Assembly: GCA_028693965.1 (NCBI GenBank)
Contig: JAQUUG010000001.1
Span: 1-45,726, forward strand
Direction: 5' to 3'
DNA: 45,726 nucleotides
DNA from: Bacilli bacterium
GTDB lineage: Bacteria; Bacillota_I; Bacilli_A; RF39; UBA660
The notes below the pieces were generated by a model that was not told the DNA's origin, made no database searches, and was given only the letters and a program-made list of their open reading frames with translations. Position numbers and translations under genes: made by a program. Of this stretch, positions 8,284 to 17,481 are shown one piece after another (position 1 is the first letter of the stretch; each line of letters starts with the position of its first letter).

Positions 8284-8991
8284 ATGAATATATATTTACT
8301 ACAATTAGTTGGTAAATGGTTAAGTGTCTTTGTGGTTTTCATATCATCAATTATGAGTAATATAGCTATTGGCGCTGAGCAATTAATCATCAATAATGAT
8401 AGTGAATCTAAAAAAAATAGTATTATTAATGAGGTTGTTGAATATGAAACTTTAACAACTTATGATAGTAAAATGCCTTATAATCGTACTAAAATTTTAG
8501 TAGATGGTGAAGAAGGTATTGTTTATAAAGATAATAATGGTAACGTAGTGGAAGTTTTAAAAGAAGTCGTTAATGAAGAAGTTGTGGTAGGAACTGGTGC
8601 TTATGGTGACTATATTGGGAAAATGACTGGTTATGGACCAGATTGTTATGGATGTAGTACAACAGGGACAGTATCTTGCCTCACCGAGAGTAAAGCAAGA
8701 TATAGTTTAATAAGTGATGGTATTTATTATAATGATGAAGAATATGGCATGGTTCGTATTTTAGCTGCTGATTTAACTCTTTTTCCTTGTGGAACTATTA
8801 TTAAAGTAAATAGTACTAATTTAGGTGATTTTTATGGTATTGTTATGGATACTGGAAGTGCGATGCGTACAGCTTGGCGTGAATATAATACGGTATTAGT
8901 TGATGTTGCCTTTTCTTCGGAAAACGATTCAGAAGTTCGCAGTGCTACTAGTTCTAATATTTTATATGAAGTACAAAGATGGGGATGGTAA
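8284..8991 (+). CDS. YabE-like cell-wall protein: N-terminal TM, G5-like domain and 3D (MltA/RlpA-like) domain
   Basis: N-terminal hydrophobic segment. G5-like segment is YETLTTYDSKMPYNRTKILVDGEEGIV. The 3D-domain-like C-terminus is GKMTGYGPDC...ILAADL...GIVMDTGSAM. The position matches yabE. Confidence 0.7.
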   Translation: MNIYLLQLVGKWLSVFVVFISSIMSNIAIGAEQLIINNDSESKKNSIINEVVEYETLTTYDSKMPYNRTKILVDGEEGIVYKDNNGNVVEVLKEVVNEEVVVGTGAYGDYIGKMTGYGPDCYGCSTTGTVSCLTESKARYSLISDGIYYNDEEYGMVRILAADLTLFPCGTIIKVNSTNLGDFYGIVMDTGSAMRTAWREYNTVLVDVAFSSENDSEVRSATSSNILYEVQRWGW

Positions 8992-9090
8992 ATCTTCGTC
9001 TTTTAATATTATCAAATAAGGTAGTTTTCAAAAAAATTACATTGTCAAAGCTATCTAAATCTTGTATAATTAAAACTAGGAAGTGATGAC

Positions 9091-9921
9091 GTGGAAAATG
9101 TTCCTAAAAAAGTTCTAAAATTAGTTGATAATTATGAATTTAAATTCAAAAAAAAATTTGGACAAAATTTTATTATTGATGATAATATTATTCAAAGTAT
9201 AGTTAATAAAACGGATATTGACAAAGAAACATTAGTTATTGAAATAGGCCCAGGAGCGGGTTCATTAACTGCTGCTTTAGGATATCAAGCTAAAAGAGTT
9301 ATAGCTTATGAGATAGACGAAACGTTAAAGGAAATATTAAATGAGCAATTAAGTGGCTATGATAATATTGATATCATTTATACTGATTTTTTAAGAACCA
9401 ATCTTAAAGAAACTTTAAAAAACTATGAATATAGTAAGTTATATGTTGTAGCTAATTTACCCTACTATATCACAACTCCAATCATTCTTAAATTAATAGA
9501 AGAAGATATAGCTGTTGATAAGATTGTGGTAATGGTTCAAAAAGAAGTTGGAGATCGTTTTAAAGCTAAAATAGGTACTAAAGATTATAGTTCATTAACC
9601 GTTTATTTGAATTATTATTTTGATATAAAAAAAATAATGGATGTTAGTAAAAATGTTTTTGTTCCCAAACCAAATGTCGATAGCATTGTTGTTGAGTTTG
9701 TTAAGAAAAATAATCAACTACTTTTAAAAAATGATGATCTTTTTTTTAAGTTAGTTCGTGATAGTTTTAAACAGAAAAGAAAAACTATAAAAAACAATTT
9801 AAAAGATTATCCTTTAGATAAAATAGAGGTTATTTTAAAAAAATATAATCATGATTTAAATGTAAGAGCCGAACAAATTACATTAGATGAGTTTGTCCAA
9901 ATAGCTAATTTTATAAGTTAG
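9091..9921 (+). CDS. rsmA: 16S rRNA (adenine1518/1519-N6)-dimethyltransferase
   Basis: KKFGQNFIID and EIGPGAGSLT SAM motifs. GTG start with aggaagtga RBS. Confidence 0.92.
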   Translation: MENVPKKVLKLVDNYEFKFKKKFGQNFIIDDNIIQSIVNKTDIDKETLVIEIGPGAGSLTAALGYQAKRVIAYEIDETLKEILNEQLSGYDNIDIIYTDFLRTNLKETLKNYEYSKLYVVANLPYYITTPIILKLIEEDIAVDKIVVMVQKEVGDRFKAKIGTKDYSSLTVYLNYYFDIKKIMDVSKNVFVPKPNVDSIVVEFVKKNNQLLLKNDDLFFKLVRDSFKQKRKTIKNNLKDYPLDKIEVILKKYNHDLNVRAEQITLDEFVQIANFIS

Positions 9922-9930
9922 GTGATAAAA

Positions 9931-10578
9931 ATGATAGAAAATAATTGGAATAATTTATTAGCTGATGAATTTAAAAAAGCTTATTTTATTTCTTTAGCTG
10001 ATTTTATTAAAACAAAATATAAAGAAACTACTGTTTATCCAAATTATAATAATATTTTTAATGCTTTAAATAAAACAGATTATGATGATGTTAAAGTAGT
10101 TATTTTAGGTCAAGATCCTTATCATGGTTTAAATGAAGCACATGGCCTTTCTTTTTCTGTTTGCAAGGGAGTTAAAAGGCCTCCCTCTTTAACCAATATT
10201 TTTAAAGAATTAGAAAATGATTTAGGCATAAAACGTGAAGAAAATGATTTATCAGATTGGGCTTTACAAGGAGTTCTTTTATTAAATGCGGTTTTAACAG
10301 TTGAAAAAGACAAGCCCTTATCTCATCGTGGCAAAGGCTGGGAAATATTTACTGACGCTATTATAAAAAAACTTAGTGATCGTGAAAAGCCTATTGTTTT
10401 TATCCTTTGGGGTAATTATGCAAGAAGTAAAAAAGACATTATTAAAAAACATCATTATATAATAGAAAGTGTTCATCCATCTCCTCTTTCAGCAAATCGT
10501 GGTTTTTTTGGCAGTAAACCTTTTTCTAAGACTAATGAATATTTAAAAAAAGAAGGAATTAAAGAAATAGAATGGTAA
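9931..10578 (+). CDS. ung: uracil-DNA glycosylase (family 1)
   Basis: GQDPYH and HPSPLS motifs. The ATG at 9931 has aggtga 5 nt upstream. The track start (GTG 9922) lies inside that RBS. Confidence 0.92.
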   Translation: MIENNWNNLLADEFKKAYFISLADFIKTKYKETTVYPNYNNIFNALNKTDYDDVKVVILGQDPYHGLNEAHGLSFSVCKGVKRPPSLTNIFKELENDLGIKREENDLSDWALQGVLLLNAVLTVEKDKPLSHRGKGWEIFTDAIIKKLSDREKPIVFILWGNYARSKKDIIKKHHYIIESVHPSPLSANRGFFGSKPFSKTNEYLKKEGIKEIEW

Positions 10579-10596
10579 ATAATAAGGAGGTATATA

Positions 10597-11925
10597 ATGG
10601 ATAACGTTTATAATTATTTATTAAATGAAGCAAATATTAATTATGGAGATAGTGTTGTTCTAGGTGTTTCTGGAGGCCCTGATTCCATGGCTTTACTTCA
10701 TATGATGCTTAGAATTAAAAAAGCTTTGGATATTCAAATTATATGTGGGCATGTTAATCATAATTCGGGAAGAGAGGGACAAGATGCTGATGAAAAATTA
10801 GTAAAAGATTTTTGTAATAAAAATAATATAGTTTTTGAAAGTATGGTTATTAAGGAATATGGTGATGATAATTTTCATAATGAAGCTAGAAGCATTAGAT
10901 ATAATTATTTTCATAGTTTAATTAAAAAATATCACGCTAAAATTCTTTTTACAGCGCATCATGGGGATGATTTAGTTGAAACAATATTAATGCGTCTTGT
11001 AAGAGGGTCTACTTTAAGAGGTTATAGTGGCTTTTCCAAAGAAATTATTTGTGATGATTATAAGATCATAAGACCTTTTATTAAACTAACTAAAAAAGAA
11101 ATAATAGAGTACAATAAACAAAATAAAATTAAGTATGCGATTGATTCATCAAATAGTAAAGATGTTTATACGAGAAATCGTTTTCGTAAATATATAGTCC
11201 CTCATCTTAAAGAAGAAGAAAAAAATGTTCACTTAAAATTTTTAAAATTTAGTGAAACTTTATTAGAATATAATAATTATATTGATAAACAAGTTCAAAA
11301 AGTAATGAAAAAAGTATGTCCTGATAATGTTATTAATATAGAATTATTTATAAAAGAAGAAAAAGTTATTCAAATGAAAATAATTTACTTCTTACTAGAA
11401 TATATTTATCAAGATGACCTAATGCTTATTACTGATCATCACGCTAAATTAATATATGATTTGATATATTCTAGTAAAGCTAACAGTTTTATTTATTTAC
11501 CTAACAATGTTAAATTTATTAAAAATTATAATAACTTATTGTTTGAAATTGGTGAAATAGACAAACAAGATTACGAAATTGAAATCATTAGTTATTTAAA
11601 CTTACCAAATGGTAAAAACATAGAAGTTATTGATAAATCAAAAGATACTAGTAATAACACAACATATTTATTATCAAGTGATATTGTTTTACCACTTCGT
11701 GTTCGTAATCGTCAAATTGGTGACAAGATGGTAGTAAAAGGAATGCTAGGTAAAAAAAAGATTAGTGATATTTTTATAGATAGTAAAATACCAATGCAGG
11801 ATAGAAATTTATGGCCCATTGTGGTTGATTCAGAGAACAAAGTAGTATGGGTACCAGGTTTGAAAAAATCAAAGTTTGATAAACAAAATACAAATAGTTA
11901 TGATATAATATTAAAGTATTATTAA
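10597..11925 (+). CDS. tilS: tRNA(Ile)-lysidine synthase
   Basis: PP-loop SGGPDS, 442-aa length, and position directly upstream of ftsH. Confidence 0.9.
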   Translation: MDNVYNYLLNEANINYGDSVVLGVSGGPDSMALLHMMLRIKKALDIQIICGHVNHNSGREGQDADEKLVKDFCNKNNIVFESMVIKEYGDDNFHNEARSIRYNYFHSLIKKYHAKILFTAHHGDDLVETILMRLVRGSTLRGYSGFSKEIICDDYKIIRPFIKLTKKEIIEYNKQNKIKYAIDSSNSKDVYTRNRFRKYIVPHLKEEEKNVHLKFLKFSETLLEYNNYIDKQVQKVMKKVCPDNVINIELFIKEEKVIQMKIIYFLLEYIYQDDLMLITDHHAKLIYDLIYSSKANSFIYLPNNVKFIKNYNNLLFEIGEIDKQDYEIEIISYLNLPNGKNIEVIDKSKDTSNNTTYLLSSDIVLPLRVRNRQIGDKMVVKGMLGKKKISDIFIDSKIPMQDRNLWPIVVDSENKVVWVPGLKKSKFDKQNTNSYDIILKYY

Positions 11926-11939
11926 GGAAGGAGAATTAC

Positions 11940-13910
11940 ATGAATAAAAAAAATCTTAAAAAGAATATAATGCCTTATTTTTTACTGGCTTTAGTAATGG
12001 TGACAGTTCTTTACTTTTACTATGGTTCTAATAATAAGGTTTATGATTTATCATATGATGAGTTTATGACTTACGCTGAAAATGGAGATGTTAAAGAAAT
12101 CGTTATCGTCCCAAGAAGCAGAGCAAGCATTTATGAAATAAAAGGAACTTTGTTTTCATACAATGATAGTGAAAGTTTTTATTTAAAAGTACCTATGTCA
12201 GATGAAGCAATTGATAAAATACTTAATATTGAAACAGATGCGAATACATCTATTATTACTGTTGCTGATCCTGATTCTAGTACGTTACTACTATTTTTAG
12301 TTAATGTTTTACCAATGATTATTTTAGTAGGGGGAGCTTTTTACTTTATCACTAGACAAATTGGTTCAGCAAATAAATCAATGGATTTTGGCAAAAGTAG
12401 AGCCCGTCTAAATCAAGATAGCAACAAAGTTACTTTCAAAGATGTAGCAGGTCTAGCAGAAGAAAAAGAAGAAGTGAAAGAGTTAATTGACTTTTTAAAA
12501 AATCCAAAAAAATTTCAACGATTAGGCGCTAGAATACCGAAAGGTGTATTATTAGTTGGTCCTCCAGGAACAGGTAAAACTTTATTAGCAAGAGCTGTTG
12601 CCGGAGAAGCAAATGTACCATTTTATTATATAAGTGGTTCTGATTTTGTGGAATTGTTTGTTGGAGTTGGAGCTAGCCGTGTGCGTGATATGTTCAAGCA
12701 AGCTAAACATAATGCTCCTTGTTTAATCTTTATAGATGAAATAGATGCTGTTGGTAGACAAAGAGGAGCAGGTTTAGGTGGTGGTCATGATGAACGTGAA
12801 CAAACACTAAATCAATTATTAACAGAAATGGATGGCTTTGGTGCTAATGAAGGAATTATTATTATAGCAGCTACGAACCGACCTGATGTTTTAGACCCGG
12901 CTTTACTAAGACCTGGCCGTTTTGATAGGCAAGTTACTGTTAATTTACCTGATATCAAAGGCCGTGAGGAAATATTAGAAGTACATGCGAAAGGAAAAAC
13001 TTTTGCTAAAGGTGTTAAATTAAGTAACATTGCTAAAAGAACAGTGGGATTTAGTGGAGCAGACTTAGAAAATCTATTAAATGAATCAGCTTTATTAGCA
13101 GTTAGAAGAAATAAAGATGTTATAACAATGTCTGAAGTAGATGAAGCTCATGATAGAGTGTTAATGGGACCTGCAAAGGTTTCTAAAAAATATACTGATC
13201 ATGAGAAAAAAGTTGTTGCTTATCATGAAGCTGGTCATGCGGTTCTTGGCATTAAGTTAGATGGGGCTAATGAAGTTCAAAAAATAACTATTATACCGCG
13301 AGGAGCTGCTGGTGGTTATAATTTAATGCTTCCTAAAGAAGAAACTTTCTTATCAACTAAAAAAGAGTTATTAGAAACAATCACTGGTTTATTAGGTGGA
13401 CGTGTTTCAGAAGAATTAGTTTTTGAAGAAATAACAACAGGTGCTCATAATGACTTTGAACAAGCCACTAAAATAGCAAGAGCAATGGTAACTGAATATG
13501 GAATGAGTAGTTTAGGACCTGTTCAGTTAGAACATCAAGAATCAAGTGTCTTTTTAGGACGTGATTATAATAAGAGTCGTAATTTTTCTAGTCAAGTGGC
13601 TTTTCAAATTGATGAAGAGGTACGAAAAATTATTTTACAGCAATATGAATTAGCTAAAAAGCTTATTAGTGAAAATCGTGATTTACTTGATTTGATAGCT
13701 AATACTTTATTAGAACATGAAACAATCACTAAAGAGCAAATTGATTATTTGATAAAAAATGGTAAAATGCCAAGCGAACTTTCAGAAATTAATTTAGAAG
13801 AAATTAATTTGACGGAATTAAAAGAAATAGCTAAACAAAAGCAAATTAAGGGTTACACTAAAATGACTAAAGAACAAATAATTGAAGAGATAAAAAAAGT
13901 TGAAGAATAA
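11940..13910 (+). CDS. ftsH: ATP-dependent zinc metalloprotease FtsH with a Rho_N-like C-terminal tail
   Basis: Walker [12 protein letters not shown], second region of homology, and HEAGHA zinc motif. The tail is [28 protein letters not shown]. Confidence 0.97.
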   Translation: MNKKNLKKNIMPYFLLALVMVTVLYFYYGSNNKVYDLSYDEFMTYAENGDVKEIVIVPRSRASIYEIKGTLFSYNDSESFYLKVPMSDEAIDKILNIETDANTSIITVADPDSSTLLLFLVNVLPMIILVGGAFYFITRQIGSANKSMDFGKSRARLNQDSNKVTFKDVAGLAEEKEEVKELIDFLKNPKKFQRLGARIPKGVLLVGPPGTGKTLLARAVAGEANVPFYYISGSDFVELFVGVGASRVRDMFKQAKHNAPCLIFIDEIDAVGRQRGAGLGGGHDEREQTLNQLLTEMDGFGANEGIIIIAATNRPDVLDPALLRPGRFDRQVTVNLPDIKGREEILEVHAKGKTFAKGVKLSNIAKRTVGFSGADLENLLNESALLAVRRNKDVITMSEVDEAHDRVLMGPAKVSKKYTDHEKKVVAYHEAGHAVLGIKLDGANEVQKITIIPRGAAGGYNLMLPKEETFLSTKKELLETITGLLGGRVSEELVFEEITTGAHNDFEQATKIARAMVTEYGMSSLGPVQLEHQESSVFLGRDYNKSRNFSSQVAFQIDEEVRKIILQQYELAKKLISENRDLLDLIANTLLEHETITKEQIDYLIKNGKMPSELSEINLEEINLTELKEIAKQKQIKGYTKMTKEQIIEEIKKVEE

Positions 13911-13927
13911 TATTTTCAACTTTTTTA
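13893..13927. terminator. bidirectional terminator shared by ftsH and the convergent 72-aa gene
   Basis: aaaaaagttgaa (13893-13904) pairs with ttcaactttttt (13915-13926). A/T runs on both sides. Confidence 0.6.
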
Positions 13928-14143
13928 TTGTAATAGTGTTAAAATTAAACCAATAATAAAGGAAAGGACAATTGTTCCAGCTAAAACTTCGCCGATACTA
14001 ATTAGTATTGATTTTTTGTTGATCTTTTTCCTGTATATTTTAACAGTAATAATTGTTATAATGGCAATTAATAGAGAAATAAGACTATTAATAAATATTA
14101 AAATAAAAGAACTAATCCCTAATAAAAAAATTAAAAAAATCAC
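13925..14143 (-). CDS. small membrane protein, 72 aa, two predicted TM segments
   Basis: GTG start preceded by gaggtga. A consensus promoter lies upstream. The sequence is wholly hydrophobic apart from a central KIYRKKINKK loop. Confidence 0.5.
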   Translation of the reverse strand: MIFLIFLLGISSFILIFINSLISLLIAIITIITVKIYRKKINKKSILISIGEVLAGTIVLSFIIGLILTLLQ

Positions 14144-14163
14144 AATTTCACCTCAATAATTTG

Positions 14164-14192
14164 ATTATATAACGTGAACCTTATTTTGTCAA
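14164..14192 (-). promoter_or_regulatory. sigma-A-type promoter for the 72-aa gene
   Basis: On the minus strand: TTGACA (complement of 14187-14192), 17-nt spacer, TATAAT (complement of 14164-14169). Confidence 0.55.
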
Positions 14193-14265
14193 TTTTTGAC
14201 AAAAATAATAGCTTTTTCTTAATTTAATTAAGTCTAATTATAAAAGAAATTAAAGTTGTCATTTT

Positions 14266-14736
14266 TTAGTTTAATATAGCAATCATCAGATTTAAATAAC
14301 TAGCAAAAATTACCCAAACTAGATAAGGTATTTGTAAAAAAGCAGCCGTTTTATTGATTTGATAAAATTTTACAATCATTACAACTATTAAAATTAATAA
14401 TAAAATAATCCAAATAAATGAAAAAAAGTATAAATGAAAATTAAAAAATAAAACAGGCCATATAATATTAAACAATAATTGTATAAAATAAATTAATAGT
14501 GCCGATTTTTTGTTGTTATCATTTTTTTTGCTTATATCATTTGTTGAAAAAATCATGGCAATTCCAATACCCATTAGAGTATATAAAATACTCCAAACAA
14601 TAGGAAAGACAATAGACGGAGGATTTAAAAAAGGTTTTGTAATAGTTTTATAAACATTCATACTGTTTGAAGTAAATAATGCTGATAATACACCTAACAA
14701 TAAAGTAATACTAATAAAATAAAAATATTTTTTCAT
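14266..14736 (-). CDS. tspO: TspO/MBR family tryptophan-rich sensory protein
   Basis: Five TM segments with FPIVWSILYTLMGI and LFNIIWPVLFF signatures. Start taken at MKKYFYF (14736), which has a gggtga RBS. Confidence 0.75.
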   Translation of the reverse strand: MKKYFYFISITLLLGVLSALFTSNSMNVYKTITKPFLNPPSIVFPIVWSILYTLMGIGIAMIFSTNDISKKNDNNKKSALLIYFIQLLFNIIWPVLFFNFHLYFFSFIWIILLLILIVVMIVKFYQINKTAAFLQIPYLVWVIFASYLNLMIAILN

Positions 14737-14877
14737 AATGTCACCCGTTATTATTATATTTAATTTTTGTTTAATTATTAATGTCATCTCTATAATTTAG
14801 TTTTAAAAGATAGATTTATTAAATCATTTATGGTAAAATATATTAAGACAAACAGTTTAGAAAATGGTGATATAATT

Positions 14878-15663
14878 ATGGGAAAAATAATATCTTTAGT
14901 TAATCAAAAAGGTGGGGTAGGGAAAACCACATCTAGTATTAACTTAGCCGCGTCTTTAGGCGTTTTAAAACAAAAAGTATTATTAGTTGATTTAGACCCA
15001 CAAGGTAATACAACAACAGGAATCGGTATTAATAAAGCCGATATCGAATATAGTATATATGATTTATTAATCGATAAAGCACCAGTTGATAAGGTTATAG
15101 TAAAGACTAAATTTAAAAATTTATATATTATGCCAGCTACTATTAACTTAGCTGGAATTGATATTGAATTAATTGAAAAAAGTAAGCTTAACCCTTCTTT
15201 CTACAAAGGAAAACAACTTAAAAAATATTTAGATGAAGTAAAGGAAACGTTTGATTTTGTTATTGTTGATTGTCCACCATCATTAGGAATATTAACTACT
15301 AATGCTTTAACAGCTAGTGATTCAGTTATTATTCCAGTACAATGTGAGTTTTTTGCTTTAGAAGGTATTATGCAACTTTTAAATACAATCATGCTTGCTC
15401 AAAAAAACTTAAATCCTACACTAGATATTGAAGGGGTTTTGCTTACCATGCTGGATAGCAGAACTAATTTAGGACTTGAGGTAGTGGAAGAAATTAAAAG
15501 CTATTTTAAAGAACGTGTATATGATACAATAATTCCACGATTAGTTAGATTGTCAGAGGCACCAAGCCATGGAAAACCAATTTTGGCATATGATCCACAA
15601 AGTAGAGGTACGGAAGCGTACTTAAACTTAGCTAAGGAAGTGATTGAGAGAAATGGAAAATAA
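14878..15663 (+). CDS. parA: chromosome partitioning ATPase ParA/Soj
   Basis: Deviant Walker A KGGVGKTT in MGKIISLVNQKGGVGKTT. Start at 14878 with a ggtga RBS. Confidence 0.93.
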   Translation: MGKIISLVNQKGGVGKTTSSINLAASLGVLKQKVLLVDLDPQGNTTTGIGINKADIEYSIYDLLIDKAPVDKVIVKTKFKNLYIMPATINLAGIDIELIEKSKLNPSFYKGKQLKKYLDEVKETFDFVIVDCPPSLGILTTNALTASDSVIIPVQCEFFALEGIMQLLNTIMLAQKNLNPTLDIEGVLLTMLDSRTNLGLEVVEEIKSYFKERVYDTIIPRLVRLSEAPSHGKPILAYDPQSRGTEAYLNLAKEVIERNGK

Positions 15664-16528
15664 AAAAAGAGCTTTAGGAATGGGGCTAGAACAACTTTTT
15701 AATAATGAAAACATTGATTTAAATAGTATTGAAGAAAAAATATATGAAAGTGCTTCTAGCGAAGAGATTATTGAAATTAATCTTGATGAACTAAGAGCTA
15801 ATCCTTATCAACCACGCAAAGTATTTGATGATAAGGCACTAGATGAATTAGCGCTTTCTATAAAGGAACATGGTGTTTTTCAACCAATAATAATTAAAAA
15901 GAGTATTAAAGGTTATGAAATAATTGCTGGAGAAAGAAGAGCACGAGCTTCAAAAAAAGCAGGATTAACTAAAATACCGGCTATTATTAGAAACTTTAGT
16001 GATGAGCAAATGATGGAAATTGCTCTTTTAGAAAATTTACAAAGAGAAAATCTTAATGCTATTGAAGAAGCAGAAGCATACAATGCAATGTTAGTTAAGT
16101 TAGGTCTTACACAAGAGCAATTAGCTAATAAAGTTGGTAAAAGTAGAACATATATAACTAATATGCTTGGACTGTTAAGATTACCTAGTAAAATTAAAGA
16201 TATGATTGGTGAAAAACAAATATCAATGAGTCATGCCCGTCTTTTAAGTAAAATGGACAGTGATGAAGAAATCGAAAAAATGGCTGAACAAATTATAAAC
16301 GGCAATTTACCAGTTCGTACTTTAGAAAAAATGACTTCCAAAGAAGAAGTAAGTAAAAAAAATAAAATAGTTCGTCGCAAGGAAAATAGTGATTATGATT
16401 ATGCGGAGGAACTATTAAGAGAAAAACTAGACGCTAAAATAAAAATAAGAAATAATAAAATAGAAATAACTTTCAATAGTTATGCTGATTTAAACAGAAT
16501 CCTAGATATTATTAAGATGGGAGAATAA
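15653..16528 (+). CDS. parB: chromosome partitioning protein ParB/Spo0J
   Basis: LRANPYQPRK and IIAGERRARA ParB-box motifs plus an HTH (LTQEQLANKVGKSRTYITN). The ATG at 15653 overlaps the parA 3' end. Confidence 0.93.
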   Translation: MENKKRALGMGLEQLFNNENIDLNSIEEKIYESASSEEIIEINLDELRANPYQPRKVFDDKALDELALSIKEHGVFQPIIIKKSIKGYEIIAGERRARASKKAGLTKIPAIIRNFSDEQMMEIALLENLQRENLNAIEEAEAYNAMLVKLGLTQEQLANKVGKSRTYITNMLGLLRLPSKIKDMIGEKQISMSHARLLSKMDSDEEIEKMAEQIINGNLPVRTLEKMTSKEEVSKKNKIVRRKENSDYDYAEELLREKLDAKIKIRNNKIEITFNSYADLNRILDIIKMGE

Positions 16529-16531
16529 AAA

Positions 16532-17278
16532 ATGTTAGATAAAATATTAACTAAAGAAATAGTTGCTCCCATGGTCATTATTATCGGTGGTTTAATATTA
16601 AGTTCCGTTATTAGAAAAATAATTAAAAAAACTTTGTACATTAAAATAAGTAAAATAGATAAGAAAAAAAACAAAACAATTGTAGGATTAATTGATAATA
16701 TTGTTAAATATTTCATTTTTATTGTTGTTGTACTAATGATATTAGATGTATATGGAATAGATACTAAAACTTTAATAGCATCTTTAGGGGTGGTAGGGTT
16801 AGCTTTAGGATTGTCCTTACAAGATATTATTAAAGATTTTCTAGCGGGAATTACCATCATTTTTGATAATCAATATGTAGTTGGTGATATTGTAATGATT
16901 GGAGACTTCAAGGGTGAAGTTATTAGTTTGGGTCTTAAAACTACTAAAATTAAGGCTTGGACTGGAGAAGTTAAAATGATAGCTAATCATAATATTAGTG
17001 AGGTAATTAATTATAGTTCAAACAATTCTTTGGCTATTGTAGATTTACCTTTTTCTAAAAGTATTGATATTGAAAAAGTTGAAAAGCAACTACAAGATAT
17101 TATTAAAGATTTAAATAAAACTTTAGAGAATATAGCTAAACCAATTGATTTTTTAGGAATAAACAAGATAACATTAGCGTCTATTGAATATCGCATTATT
17201 GTGGAAACCAAACCTTTGTGCAATTTTGAAGTGGAAAGAAAGATTAAACAAATTGTTCAAGAAAAAATAAAATTATAA
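16532..17278 (+). CDS. small-conductance mechanosensitive channel (MscS family)
   Basis: The TM3/beta-domain region LGVVGLALGLSLQDIIKDFLAGITIIFDNQYVVGDIV...GEVISLGLKTTKI is typical of MscS. Confidence 0.85.
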   Translation: MLDKILTKEIVAPMVIIIGGLILSSVIRKIIKKTLYIKISKIDKKKNKTIVGLIDNIVKYFIFIVVVLMILDVYGIDTKTLIASLGVVGLALGLSLQDIIKDFLAGITIIFDNQYVVGDIVMIGDFKGEVISLGLKTTKIKAWTGEVKMIANHNISEVINYSSNNSLAIVDLPFSKSIDIEKVEKQLQDIIKDLNKTLENIAKPIDFLGINKITLASIEYRIIVETKPLCNFEVERKIKQIVQEKIKL

Positions 17279-17290
17279 TTGGAGTGTAAA

Positions 17291-17473
17291 ATGAAAGAAT
17301 ATAAACTGGGCAGCATTGTAATAATGAAAAAAAGTCATCCTTGTGGAACAAATGAGTGGGAAATAGTTAAAACGGGAGCAGATATAAAAATACAATGTTG
17401 TAATTGTAAAAGAATAGTTATGTTAAATAGAATTGAATTCAATAAAAAACTTAAAAAAGTTTTAAAATATTAG
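17291..17473 (+). CDS. DUF951 family protein (YyzM-like)
   Basis: YKLGSIVIMKKSHPCG...WEIVKTGADIKIQCCNCKRIVML has the CxxC/zinc-ribbon-like DUF951 pattern. ATG at 17291 with a ggag RBS. Confidence 0.7.
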   Translation: MKEYKLGSIVIMKKSHPCGTNEWEIVKTGADIKIQCCNCKRIVMLNRIEFNKKLKKVLKY

Positions 17474-17481
17474 GAGGTCTC

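Noticed and set aside
16480-16860. A 126-aa minus-strand ORF antisense to the parB end and the MscS start. Similar antisense or alternate-frame ORFs appear in the track at 554-751, 1431-1673, 1765-1962, 2010-2216, 10122-10313, 12812-13030, 15201-15392, 17011-17223, 17451-17699, 18498-18770, 19187-19375, 19433-19672, 27071-27349, 27496-27750, 30914-31096, 31551-31781, 33883-34161, 39503-39685, 40135-40326, 42527-42736, 45130-45462 and 45478-45663.
   Set aside because: All lie inside or opposite genes with unmistakable family motifs. They lack RBSs and have shadow-ORF composition.
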